A stretch of DNA of 64,000 bases from Flectonema sp. DT1601 (lineage: Eukaryota). Positions within the stretch are counted from its first letter, which is position 1, and every line of letters begins with the position of its first letter. The translations under genes were made by a program, and so were the position numbers. The stretch is taken from the NCBI GenBank assembly GCA_964019425.1, contig OZ025804.1, positions 186,001-250,000 of the forward strand, written 5' to 3'. The notes beneath the pieces were generated by a model, which searched no databases, was not told the DNA's origin, and saw nothing but the letters and a program-made list of their open reading frames with translations. Positions 1-10,474 of this stretch are shown here, in pieces.

Positions 1-224
1 TCAACATTGTGAGGAAGAGCATATCTAGAGAAGTACCTTTCACCGTTAGCTCTATGCTCCTCAGGCCATGGTGGAGTACCATAAGCACCCATTCTAACAA
101 ATGATGGTATCGGGATGGTCCTCGTCTCTATTCCTCTCATCACTTGTTCATACTGCCGATCTATATTCGCTGAATGAGCAAACAGGTAGTCTCTTGTTGA
201 GGTAGCCCTAGTAAGCTGCGGCAT
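1..224 (-). CDS. Partial hypothetical protein (N-terminus; runs off the window edge)
   Basis: Manual translation from ATG at 224 gives MPQLTRATSTRDYLFAHSANIDRQYEQVMRGIETRTIPIPSFVRMGAYGTPPWPEEHRANGERYFSRYALPHNV, open to position 1. It is on the same strand as its neighbours and is absent from the ORF track because it has no stop in the window. Confidence 0.6.
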   Translation of the reverse strand, partial: MPQLTRATSTRDYLFAHSANIDRQYEQVMRGIETRTIPIPSFVRMGAYGTPPWPEEHRANGERYFSRYALPHNV

Positions 225-494
225 GTACAACTATTCTCTTGTTGAAAAAAAAAATATATAATAAAACACAGCTACCGCATCACAACAAATACATTGTACA
301 AAATACCAAAACCTGAAAATAAAAACAAGGCTCACTGCAAGTCAGGTAGCTTACAGGAATTAATATTTATTTTTCAAAAAAGACTCCCTAAAACGTTACT
401 ATTCAGACTGGTATAGAATTAGTTGAGTATCTCTAGTTCGGATGTAGATTCCGTAGTCCGATAAACCAATTGGAAGCATGCATGTCTCTAGACT

Positions 495-525
495 GGGTTC
501 TGGCTTAGAGGCGTTCAGCTATAAT
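495..525 (-). rRNA. Short isolated fragment resembling the LSU rRNA 3' domain (not a full rRNA gene)
   Basis: The reverse complement reads ATTATAGCTGAACGCCTCTAAGCCAGAACCC, matching the conserved LSU motif CTGAACGCCTCTAAG(C/T)CAGAA. The flanks are not recognisably rRNA. Confidence 0.45.
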
Positions 526-558
526 GTGTCGTAGTGTTGTTATAAATAAAAGACTTCC

Positions 559-777
559 TCACTTTCCATAAATATTTGTAAACCTGTCGTTTGAGTATCG
601 CTCTCCCGGAGCGAAACCACTATTCCCATCTGACTTGTAGGCTTGGTAGTAAGTGTTATCTATGTCAGTCCCGACGACTGGTACGGCGCAGGCAGCCATT
701 TCCATGCGCTGCTCAAAGCTGCTTTCCGTCTGTGGCGGATTTATCTTTCGCTTGTAGGCCTCCCATGACCGAGACAT
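559..777 (-). CDS. Small hypothetical protein (~72 aa, MSRSWEAYKRKINPPQ...)
   Basis: ATG at 777 lies within ORF 559..912. Composition is coding-like and the strand matches the gene block. Confidence 0.5.
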   Translation of the reverse strand: MSRSWEAYKRKINPPQTESSFEQRMEMAACAVPVVGTDIDNTYYQAYKSDGNSGFAPGERYSNDRFTNIYGK

Positions 778-1807
778 TGACGATATGCTGACTTGATAAT
801 ATAGAAAGGGAGAAGATGAAATAAGGAGAGCGAGGGAAACAAAAAATAATTGAAAATACGCACCCCGACAGCCACTCAACATGTTCATCTGGTTTGATAA
901 GTAAGTTAACAACGGCCCCCACTTTGATAATTAGTTTTAATACACGCGGTAAAGATTGTTAGCTCTAGTAAAGAATTTTAAAAAAAAAAAGAAATCGGCA
1001 GACATGGGAAGAGATGACAGAAACCCTAAAAAGCAGAACACAGCTGATCAACTCTTATTCGCAAAATCAATCAACGGGAAAAAAAAATCTAAACAAATAA
1101 ACTAAATCCGTGATGAATACAATGAAGTACATTATTATAATTATTATTTTTGTTGATGTTGTTTTTTTTTTTTTTTTTTCAACTCGGTCAACCCTCAACG
1201 GTAACCGTCACCTCAGGTTCTTGTCTTCGAATAACATAAATTGTTACAAAAAGTTGTTAAAACAAAAAAAAATAAAAAAATAAAAAAAACAGGGGAAGAT
1301 GGGAAAATGAAATGTATAATAAAAAGAGAATACAACCTAAACCTTAAATAAAAAAAAAGGGTTATGGCCCACAAGAATAATAACAGAGGAAAATAATATC
1401 ATAAACTGTACAATACAAAACAACCAAAAAAAAATTGAGGGATTTTTTTTTTTTTTTTTCTTCTTTTTTTTTTTCGAATAAAATACTGTTAAGGAACTCA
1501 CCCATTGTGCCGAGCTTGGAATTGTCCTTAATAAGTGACCAAGGCTGACAGTGTATTTTTGCTTACCGATAGGTAACAAATCTCCTTGTTAGTTTCTGAA
1601 CATAGGAATTATTTTTGTATCGGTCACTTAATGTGCCGAATAAGAATAACTGACACAAAAAGTGTCCTTACAGTGAAGGAAAAAAAAAAAAAAAAAAAAT
1701 CCACTGTAAGAGCGTAACTATTTTTGAGTTTAGGAAAACAGTTCGTGAAGAGAACGCTATTCTCAATCACACGCAGACATGGCTGTGATTTATTATCTGC
1801 TCACATT

Positions 1808-2980
1808 TCAACATTCTAAAAGCCGATGTGTGATTGGATCTGTTGTAATGATTGGTGAGAAACATCCCCTTCCTCTACTCGTACGCGGGGATCCATTCGG
1901 AGTGGAAGACGGTTTTCCGGTGATTCCCAAAAAAGGATCTGAAGAAGTACCTCCTTTTGTATTTAACACATCAGAATTCCTGTAAGAACACGGTGATTGC
2001 TTACGATGGATAGCTGGATTAAAACTTATCGACTCAGGGACGAAAACAGGAGGAGCAGCAAGACAGCCTTTTAAATTACGAGAATGTGGTGGTGGATTAC
2101 TACCATCAGTGTTATTGTGAGATATTACATTTCCGTGATTGCGTTGAACAGAATCGAATACTGGACTGTTACATCTTTTACCTTTATAAATCTCTCCTTT
2201 GTTCTTATTGTCTTCACCAGGTGTCGTACATCTTATTCTACTGCTCGGTCTTATTGAAGTGTGGTATCCTTTTTCTGTTTCACCCCAAGCAGCATTAGGT
2301 GATCTGTGCTCAACAATATTTGTGTTGTTATTCTTTCTAGGAGTAGATGCCCACCTCCTACCCCTCAACTGACCATCTGACGATACTAAGTAATGACCGG
2401 GTGATGAACCTTCCGCACTCGATCCGAAGATTCTCCCTGGCTGCGGCCTCATGCTGTGACCGATGATGTTTCCTGAAGACTGGGAGGTGATACTACTGGA
2501 ACGACGCTTTCCAGTCCGAGATTCGTTGATTTCCGTCGATGTTTTGTGTCGAGCTGGACTCGATCCTAATGACATTGATCTAGGAACAGGATTCTTTGTG
2601 TTGCTAGGTTCTGGAACATAACCTCGAATGCGCCTTCTCACAGAGTCCTTACGAGGTTCGGCGATTAGTTTCTTGCTGGGTCTCCTATTGTCGTCGACCG
2701 TCTCACTGCTTTGAATGTTTGTGAAGGTGCCAGTGCCGCCTCTAATGCTTTCCTTTCTCACAGCTCCCTTCGGTGCATGAGGTGAGATTGTTATTCCAGT
2801 TTTGGTGTTAGCGAGTAAGCTTCTTCTGTGCACGTCGTTCAATTTTCTTCTCGATGGCGATTCAGCTCTTTGTTCGAATGTCGCACCCGATCCCTTCTGC
2901 TTCCTCACCTCCTCCCGAACTTCCCTCTGAAGCTGCGATTTCATCTTAGCCCTTCTCTCCGTAACAGATATAGTCGGCAT
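1808..2980 (-). CDS. Hypothetical Arg/Ser/Pro-rich low-complexity protein, 390 aa
   Basis: Long ATG-initiated ORF in an AT-rich background; no domain recognised. Confidence 0.75.
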   Translation of the reverse strand: MPTISVTERRAKMKSQLQREVREEVRKQKGSGATFEQRAESPSRRKLNDVHRRSLLANTKTGITISPHAPKGAVRKESIRGGTGTFTNIQSSETVDDNRRPSKKLIAEPRKDSVRRRIRGYVPEPSNTKNPVPRSMSLGSSPARHKTSTEINESRTGKRRSSSITSQSSGNIIGHSMRPQPGRIFGSSAEGSSPGHYLVSSDGQLRGRRWASTPRKNNNTNIVEHRSPNAAWGETEKGYHTSIRPSSRIRCTTPGEDNKNKGEIYKGKRCNSPVFDSVQRNHGNVISHNNTDGSNPPPHSRNLKGCLAAPPVFVPESISFNPAIHRKQSPCSYRNSDVLNTKGGTSSDPFLGITGKPSSTPNGSPRTSRGRGCFSPIITTDPITHRLLEC

Positions 2981-3951
2981 TATTATTATTTATTATTAAT
3001 TCCAATCTCACTGAAGTTAAGAATAAAACGATGATGAGGGTAGGACACTAAAACTGAAATCAATTACTTTAGTTGATGTCCCTTTTGAGGGCTAATCTAA
3101 TCCACCTTCTTAGTAATAATCCTTACTATCTGATCATATTTAAGGAAAAAATAAACATCTGTATTGTATCAGAATTAACTACTGTACTTGGAATAATAGC
3201 GTGAAGAAAAACAAGTGTGGAATTTTTTTTTTTTTTTTTTTTTTGGATTTTCAGAAGTTTAGCGTGGTTTTTTTTCTGCACAAATGATACTTCCGGCATC
3301 CACAGCTGCAGAAATAATAGCGGCGTGGAAAAATTAACGCGAATCGGGAATTTCTGAATTTTTCAAAGTACAGTAAAATTAACATTTAGCTACAATACAG
3401 ACCAAATAGGTGTGATCCTGAAGTCGGAGGTGATATTTTTTGACAAAACTCAAAAAGATACGTAAGTAGGCTAAACCGACCTTCCTTTCAACCTGAAAGA
3501 CGGGATTGAGGATAAATGTGTTGAGCTCAGTTTTGTTGTTATTATTTCTATTTCATACTTTTGTTTCTTTTTCCACAACACACATGGCCTAAACAACAGT
3601 TTATTAGCTAGATTTGTAACAGAAATTTCCCTTTACGAGGAATCTAAAATCCTATAATTGGACCCACAAAGAACAAACACAAACCAGACAAGATCAAAAC
3701 AAAGAAAACCAACTTTTTTATAATAATAAATATCCTCTAACGGTAATGTCAACACCAAGGAGGGATTAATGAGGCCCGGTAAGGAGAGAGAATTACTTTG
3801 CAAAAATAATAACTGTCCTTTTGTAGCATCTTTAACATAAAAAACGATATTTTAACAATACGCATAAGATGCCGAAGAAGCTTCCCACAGTAGCAATAAG
3901 AAAGAGGGGGAAAACAAAATGCTACTTGAATTTTCGTATCCGAAAAACCAG

Positions 3952-3982
<31 letters not shown>

Positions 3983-4098
3983 CCCCATTCATAAAAGAAG
4001 TCATAAAATAGAAACCAAATAAACTCCAAATCGACGATATCAAACGCACTGAACGGAAGGTCATAAAAGAGGAAGTTAAAACAAGAACAAACATCAAT

Positions 4099-5508
4099 CT
4101 AAGTAACTAGTTTAATGTCATCACCAACACTCAGAGGATGAGATAAATGGCTCTTAAGTTGCTCTGGAGTGGCATCCAATATAAACAGAAGAGCTGCGTG
4201 AAGAGTTGCTTGGGCCCAACCAGCGTTTCCATTCATAAGTTTAGCGGGTGCAAACACAGAAAGATATTCGCTTACTGAAAATATATTTGGTGGATTGGAG
4301 AGAAGGATACAATGAATGAATATAGGAACAATACTATCAGCACCGATATCGTTTCCTGATAAGTTCATTTCATCTGAAATAGCAGTGTGAATGATTGCAA
4401 GAGATTCAGTTAAATGATTTAATCTGTTCGAAACACCTCTTTGAGAAGACATCCATTGAAGGTGAGCAATAACATCTTTATATTTTGGATTTGATATTTC
4501 AATAGTGTCATCTTGGTCTTCCATCACACTCGATATTTTCAACTCAACATCTGAATCGACTGTTCCGAACTTTCGTATCCAAACAGATAATAAACTTTCT
4601 TCAGTTTGGTCCTGAATGGTATTTTCAATACAAACTTTTAGCTTTTGACGGGCATCTTCATTCTCTAAGCAAAGTCTCCAAATTTTATACAAATGTTGGG
4701 AAAGAGTTCCCTGAAACTGTATTTTATCTTCTTTAATCCTATCCATCGTATTACTAGCGCTTCCAATGGAATCAGCGAGGATTTTAGCCTCAAACATTGA
4801 CAACACTGCTCCGACGGCTGAATCTTTAGTTCTTGCCTCGATAGCAATCTGTTTTCCTATTTGAATCCAAGACCTTGAATAGTTGCTGGCTCTCCTTGCA
4901 TCACCTGGTGGGGGAGACCAATTCTCACTAATGAACTGAGGCCAATCAAAGGCAGTAGGGTCTTTAGATAATTGCTCTATCTGTACTGTTGGCTGGGTTT
5001 TCATATTGTGAAAACCTCGTAGTACGGTACTCAAAGCCGATGTCAAAGCTTCGCGACCTTCTGTAGCAAGCCTAACAGGACTAATACCGTGTAATTTATT
5101 ATGCTTGTTCCTCTTCGTGAAATACATTTCAGGATCAACATATTGAGTGAATTGTCGTTCAATATTATCGAGTTGCGAACGAGCACCTTGGAGAAGTGAC
5201 ACTACTGGATGAGTTTTTTTTTGCTTTGAAAAGGAATGCGACGAAGAAGGCGTCACGGAGCTCTCTGACTGTGATCTTGCCTCTGCTATGAGAACCTTCA
5301 ACGACTCAACAATGTCAGTCAATTCTGACAACATGGATTCCATTCCTGCAGGGCTCCCCACCGAACATTCTTCTTGTGTATCCCCATACAAAGATGCATG
5401 AGCTGTAGCTTCATGAATGCAACTCTCTGGAGACGAAGCTTCCGACGGAGAATTTTGTGAACCCTTCTTTCGGGGGCTACCAAAGTGACCCTCCACTACC
5501 ACTGCCAT
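4099..5508 (-). CDS. VPS9-domain protein (putative Rab5-family GEF)
   Basis: The C-terminal segment GADSIVPIFIHCILLSNPPNIFSVSEYLSVFAPAKLMNGNAGWAQATLHAALLFI fits the VPS9 pattern (GADxxxP...NPP...G.xGY/W...L.AA..FI). Upstream exons are possible. Confidence 0.8.
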   Translation of the reverse strand: MAVVVEGHFGSPRKKGSQNSPSEASSPESCIHEATAHASLYGDTQEECSVGSPAGMESMLSELTDIVESLKVLIAEARSQSESSVTPSSSHSFSKQKKTHPVVSLLQGARSQLDNIERQFTQYVDPEMYFTKRNKHNKLHGISPVRLATEGREALTSALSTVLRGFHNMKTQPTVQIEQLSKDPTAFDWPQFISENWSPPPGDARRASNYSRSWIQIGKQIAIEARTKDSAVGAVLSMFEAKILADSIGSASNTMDRIKEDKIQFQGTLSQHLYKIWRLCLENEDARQKLKVCIENTIQDQTEESLLSVWIRKFGTVDSDVELKISSVMEDQDDTIEISNPKYKDVIAHLQWMSSQRGVSNRLNHLTESLAIIHTAISDEMNLSGNDIGADSIVPIFIHCILLSNPPNIFSVSEYLSVFAPAKLMNGNAGWAQATLHAALLFILDATPEQLKSHLSHPLSVGDDIKLVT

Positions 5509-5859
5509 TTTGGTCTTACCGTTTCGTTGAGAATCTGCGAAGGGAGGTTAAAGAAAAGAATTGATAACAGTGAACAATAAAAATTTCATTACAGTAATAT
5601 TCTCTCTAAGGGTGGTTGGGCAGTTGTTTCCGTATAATTTTCTATGCGACCTCCAGGAGCCTCTCCGGTTTTTTCACTTTAAACGTGAAGCATGATACAC
5701 ACATTGATTACTGTAAAAGGAATAATTCTGTCATCCGTTCACCTTTTTTCAGACACAAATATGAGTAAATTGATACAAGTAATGTGATACGAATCTTTCT
5801 TGTCACCAGTTTCTTTTAAGAAATAATGAGAACAAATCTAGTCACAGGATTCAATGCAA

Positions 5860-6400
5860 ATTTAGCATACAGGATGCTAAACACCAACTCTCTCGTTGTC
5901 AGCCAATCTGATACTGCAACCAAGTCATTCAAGATCTTGTTCTTCAGAAGTGTTATCAACCCGCCAACTACAGTCAACGCTCCCGATTGCTCGACAACAA
6001 CACCTCTCCATCCTTCTAAGGAAGCATCAACAAGGAGAGTTAACTTCGATACTGAGGATCTTTTCCTGATTACTCTGATCCCAACTGCATCAGTCATCCA
6101 ACGAGATAATTCCAATCGAACAGAATGAGGAACAACACCACTTCATCAGTACTTTGCCCTTGGAGGCTGCAATGCACTCCATGTTGCCAAGAAGACATAC
6201 TACACTCTCATTCATCGTTGCCTTTGTACAGATCAAGTCGCTCAGTCGCCTGATGAAATGCGACTCAAAACATGGTGTCCACTGCCTAGATGCCTGCACT
6301 TACTCAAGAAGGAAACAACCATGCTGGAACACTTTGGGGACTGCAAGAACAACGAGGCATCACGGGTAACTATATCAAAGGAAGGTAGTACGATCTGGTT
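5860..6400 (-). pseudogene. Degenerate TATE/VIPER (DIRS-group)-like retrotransposon fragment: end of RT plus start of RNase H
   Basis: Frameshifted pieces HFIRRLSDL... and KLTLLVDASLEGWRGVVVEQSGALTVVGG match the DIRS/TATE RNase H motif TDASxxGWG. Confidence 0.65.
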
Positions 6401-6788
6401 TACAAGACACTACGCCAATGTTAAGTAGGGAAATTTCTTTCTGCTGGTCACCAGCCGTTCCGATGTGTCTTCGGACCGACTTCTTGAGATCGTCAACAGC
6501 TGGCTGCGTGACTGAACTTATTCTGAGTCTGTTGACTCAGCTGCTCAACCATCCTCTCCGTTGCGTTCCTGAGTGCGTCCGTGTCGTCACGCAGCGTCGA
6601 CATTGCCTCTTCGTCGTGCGTTACCACCTTGCTTGATGGGGTGAAGCTCAGTCTTAGTCCGACAATTGCTGCCTGAGTCAACTTTAAGGTCTCGGTCAGA
6701 TGACTGATAGAGGAGATGCTAAAAAGACACCAGATTGTTTATATCGATCAGCTGTGACCAATTGAGGCGATCGGCAGGGTGGAGGTGT

Positions 6789-6899
6789 TCACGATTTTTC
6801 ACTTTGCTACACGAAAATTCACGATTTTTCACTTAATTTTTTGCTGCTTTCTGGTAGTGAAATCCCGTGAAAATGTGTGAATTCTAGTGAAAAAAGTGA
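6789..6899. repeat. Imperfect inverted repeat, ~45-bp arms built from TTTTCAC/GTGAAAA motifs
   Basis: The left arm tcacgatttttcact...cacgatttttcact is complementary to the right arm agtgaaatcccgtg...agtgaaaaaagtga, around a ~21-nt loop. Confidence 0.55.
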
Positions 6900-7084
6900 G
6901 TGATATCCAAATGGTACCGTTGGTGCTGGTGTGCTGTGCGATGTCAAACCTGTTCAGTTTGCCATACATGTCACTTTGACAACTAAATGGGCATCGCTTG
7001 TGCCCAGTGACCCATCACCCTTCCTGACCATCGCTTGTGGTGAGGTTCCGGACTTTGGACCGGCGCATCGCGTGTGTGGTGGGC

Positions 7085-8115
7085 TTAATCACTGAGGGGC
7101 TCATTCTCGTTCAGACTGTTCTGTTCTGTTCTGTTCTGTTCTGTTCTGTTCTGTTCTGTTCTGTTCTGTTCTGTTCTGTTCTGTTCTGTTCTGTTCTGTT
7201 CTGTTCTGTTCTGTTCTGTTCTGTTCTGTTCTGTTCTGTGGTGTCTTTCCATTACTCCTCCCATCTCTGCCAGGAGACAGGTGAATGCTGGTTCTGTAAG
7301 CCAGATATCGCGAACAACCCGACCATGATCATTCAGCAAATATGAGATGTCAATTGTGGCTGCCTCTGACATGTCACGTGCAACCTCTGCCCAAAACTGG
7401 AGAAGTTGTCGCGGAGTGCGATGCTCCCGGGAGAATGAGATGAGACGTCTGAGCACACCATTCACAATACTATATTGTGCACACATGAACTCCATGATGT
7501 TGCCCATTTCCTCGTTACTGAGAGACATCAGGTAAGCGTATGCCCGCCTGCGACGATGAGAGTATTTGATGAGGCGCTTGTTGCGCTGCAAGAATGTGAG
7601 AACCCACCTGAGGAATGGAATACCTCGAAGCAGGCATGATAACACATAGCATGCAAATGCTAAGGTTCCGAAGCGCCCATTCGTAACCTTCTCTTTAAAT
7701 GGGCACGCCCTAAAAGAGATGCGGTGCTTCTTGTGAAGCCAGTAAGCAAACGACCGATTCCCACGTATGAAGAAGCACAGATGTTGCGTCACTTACCAGG
7801 CAGAATGTACTCTCCCGGTTGCGAATGAGGAACACACAATCCTGCACATACAACCACCGGATCATCTCTCTTCGTGCAGCCCAATAACTGACGGAGTCAA
7901 GACCATGAAGCTGGCGGGTAAACTGCGGAATGCGGCGCATGGCGATGTGGTGGCTGAGGGCGGAGATGCAGAGTCCCAGCAACAGTGTATTGCGATACAC
8001 CGTTAACCTCACCAATCTTCTCATCGCACCAGATCAGCAAGTCATCCGTGCCAGCAACACGAGCCCTAACCTCCAAGTCATCTTCAACTTCTAGTCCCAT
8101 ACCAATACATCTCAC
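7085..8115 (-). pseudogene. Frameshifted ORF(s) of unknown function inside the repeat domain
   Basis: Overlapping minus-strand ORFs 7897-8115, 7710-8024 and 7085-7792 lie in different frames in a GC-richer segment. The 3' end runs into a microsatellite. Confidence 0.35.
7116..7239. repeat. (CTGTT)n pentanucleotide microsatellite, ~25 copies
   Basis: Directly visible perfect tandem repeat. Confidence 0.98.
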
Positions 8116-8555
8116 AGCTTTGATCTGCTAGTCACATACAGCAAGATCTCTGCTGGCAAGGTATCGCGAAGCTGCACTGTTACTCTTACGAGAGCTATGT
8201 GAATGAATTACCACAATAAACTGTAGAGAACGATAGGATTAACAAGCACCACCACTTCAACGATCACCACACATGCCTATCAACCCACCTGTGCTAGAAT
8301 AGTTCAGCAACCAAAAAGAATGAAACTGTAACAAGAGCTGGATTAAAGAGAACTTTAGTATTAACAACGGTGCATCATTGCAAAAACTTTGAAGAATGTG
8401 ATTGAGCTACTCAACAATCAGAAGCAATCGCGATGTTTTCGCAACATCGACATCGTCTCTCAGACTCGAGTCAAATATTTGGACCTGTACTTTGCTAAGT
8501 GTATTAATGAGCTTCAGAACAGTGAACGATACATGACATGAAGACTGGCAATGAT

Positions 8556-9417
8556 ACCTACCTAGGAGTGAATAAATCAACAGGGGATCCTTTTGGATCG
8601 GCCCTCCCTTCACTTCCGCTCTCCAACGGGGGGTCGCACCCCAGCCAATCGTCAGCGAAGAAAAGATTGCAAGGCATCGGCAAGCAATTTTTTCAAAACT
8701 TTGTGCGGAGCTGGCAGTTTTTAAGACTTCGTGGAGCTGGTGGTTTTTTAAAACTTTGCGAAGCTGGCGGTTTTTTGAAATGTGGAGCTGGCGGTTTTTA
8801 AAACTTTGTGTGGAGCTGGCAGTTTTTAAAACTTCGTGGAGCTGGTGGTTTTTTGAAATGTGGAGCTGGCGGTTTTTTAAAACTTTGTGTGGAGCTGGCA
8901 GTTTTTAAAACTTCGTGGAGCTGGTGGTTTTTTAAAACTTTGCGAAGCTGGCGGTTTTTTGAAATGTGGAGCTGGCGGTTTTTAAAACTTTGTGTGGAGC
9001 TGGCAGTTTTTAAAACTTCGTGGAGCTGGTGGTTTTTTAAAACTTTGCGAAGCTGGCGGTTATTTGAAATGTGGAGCTGGCGGTTTTTAAAACTTTGTGT
9101 GGAGCTGGCAGTTTTTAAAACTTCGTGGAGCTGGTGGTTTTTTGAAATGTAGAGCTGGCGGTTTTTTAAAACTTTGCCTGGAGCTGGCAGTTTTAAAATC
9201 TTTGTGGAGCTGGTGGCTCTTTGAAACTTTGTGTGGAGCTGGTAGTTTTTTGAAATGTGGAGCTGGTAGTTTTTTGAAATGTGGAGCTGGCGGTTTTTTA
9301 AAACTTAGTGTGGAGCTGGCAGTTTTTAAAACTTCGTGGAGCTGGATGTGGAGCTGGTGGTTTTTTAAAACTTTGTGTAGAAATTTTTTATTTTTTTTAT
9401 TTTCAGCTTAATTAAAA
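8556..9417 (-). mobile_element. Family D element: terminal TTTTG hairpin (8583-8608) followed by an internal satellite
   Basis: aggg-gatcc-tttt-ggatc-gg-ccctccc is homologous to the terminal hairpin of the other families. The element abuts family B copy 1. Boundaries are approximate. Confidence 0.5.
8693..9380. repeat. Minisatellite with a 24-29-bp unit GGAGCTGGYRGTTTTT(T)RAAA(CTTYG)TGT and ~105-bp higher-order period
   Basis: A tandem GAGCTGG core is visible. A four-monomer block recurs at about 8701, 8885 and 8990. Confidence 0.95.
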
Positions 9418-9817
9418 TTTCGATAAAGTGGGAAGTAACGGACTGGGAGCTTTTGGCTCCTGCCCTATTCCCGATGTAAACTTTCTTTTTATTTTTATTT
9501 TTTTTTTAACAGGCCCAAAGGGCGACAATGATGGTTGCTGACCAAGGAATAATATTCAAATGAATTTTCGTTTCAAAGAAACGAACAGAATTAAGAGAGA
9601 GGCAGAGGAAAAAAAAAAAAAAAAGAAAGAAAAGAAAAGAAAAAAAAAAATGAAGAGGAAATAATCAAACATGAAAAAAAAAAAAAAAAAAAATATATAT
9701 ATAAATAAAAAACGTTGTATGAAAAAGGAAAAAAAAGAAAAAAAAAAGACCAGAAAAGGAAAGAGAAAATGAAAAGGTATAATATTATTGTGGGGATATG
9801 AGGGATAGCAGGGAGAT

Positions 9818-9850
<33 letters not shown>

Positions 9851-10047
9851 CTTATTTATTATTTAAAAAAAGGAAACAATCAGTTTAGCGTCTCGATCAG
9901 GACGGAAAATAGAAATTAATCGACATAGTTGATCGATAGAAAAAAAAACTATGGTAACATTGTTTATTCATTTTTTTTTTTTTTTTTTTTTTTTAAATCT
10001 TTTTAATTATTTTAAAGAAAAAACAATCAGTTTAGCGTCTTGACCAG
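9418..10047 (-). mobile_element. Family B element, copy 1 (truncated, 630 bp)
   Basis: Begins TTTCGATAAAGTGGGAAGTAACGGACTGGGAGCTTTTGGCTCC. The same end occurs at 18226 (1-nt deletion) and, as reverse complement, ending at 27452. Confidence 0.85.
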
Positions 10048-10049
10048 CT

Positions 10050-10190
10050 ACAAACACAAAATACACACACAGCTTGCAGTGTGTTCTTTGTGTATGTTTT
10101 CTTCAGGTGTGAGTAGTTTTTTTGTTCTTGCTCTTCAGGGAGGGTCTTAGCCAAAAGCTAACAATCCAAATCTCACCTGGAAATTCAACT
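10050..10190 (+). mobile_element. Family A fragment, inverted (end-to-end with the copy starting at 10196; ~140-bp-arm palindrome)
   Basis: Reverse complement of 10196-10336 with a few mismatches; 5-nt spacer TGTAC. Confidence 0.9.
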
Positions 10191-10195
10191 TGTAC

Positions 10196-10474
10196 GAGTT
10201 AAGTTACCAGGTGAGATTTGGACTGTTAGCTTTTGGCTAAGGCCCTCCCTGAAGAGCAAGAACAAAAAAACTACTCACACCTGAAGAAAACATACACAAA
10301 GAACACACTGTAAGCTGTGTGTGTATTTTGTGTTTGTCACAACAGGAGAGAAAAGAAAGAATGTCAAGGTTGGTCACCTTGCCTATCAACGCACAACATT
10401 GGTGGTCTCTACTAGACCCTGAGTGATCCCACTGGATCTCTCATCGTTCATAGTACCTATGTGAAGTTATAAAG
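10196..10474 (-). mobile_element. Family A (1366-bp unit), first segment, interrupted by the 1280-bp array
   Basis: Near-identical to 28350-28629. The sequence resumes at 23349 (TCAAAGGTAAACTATGAAC). Confidence 0.9.

Noticed and set aside
6493..6681. Possible gag/ORF1 remnant upstream of the RNase H fragment
   Set aside because: It is a coiled-coil-like 62 aa with no diagnostic motif and cannot be supported without a search.
8693..9380. Chi sites (GCTGGTGG) and ORFs 8538-9411
   Set aside because: These are by-products of the minisatellite unit, and Chi has no meaning in a eukaryotic nucleus.
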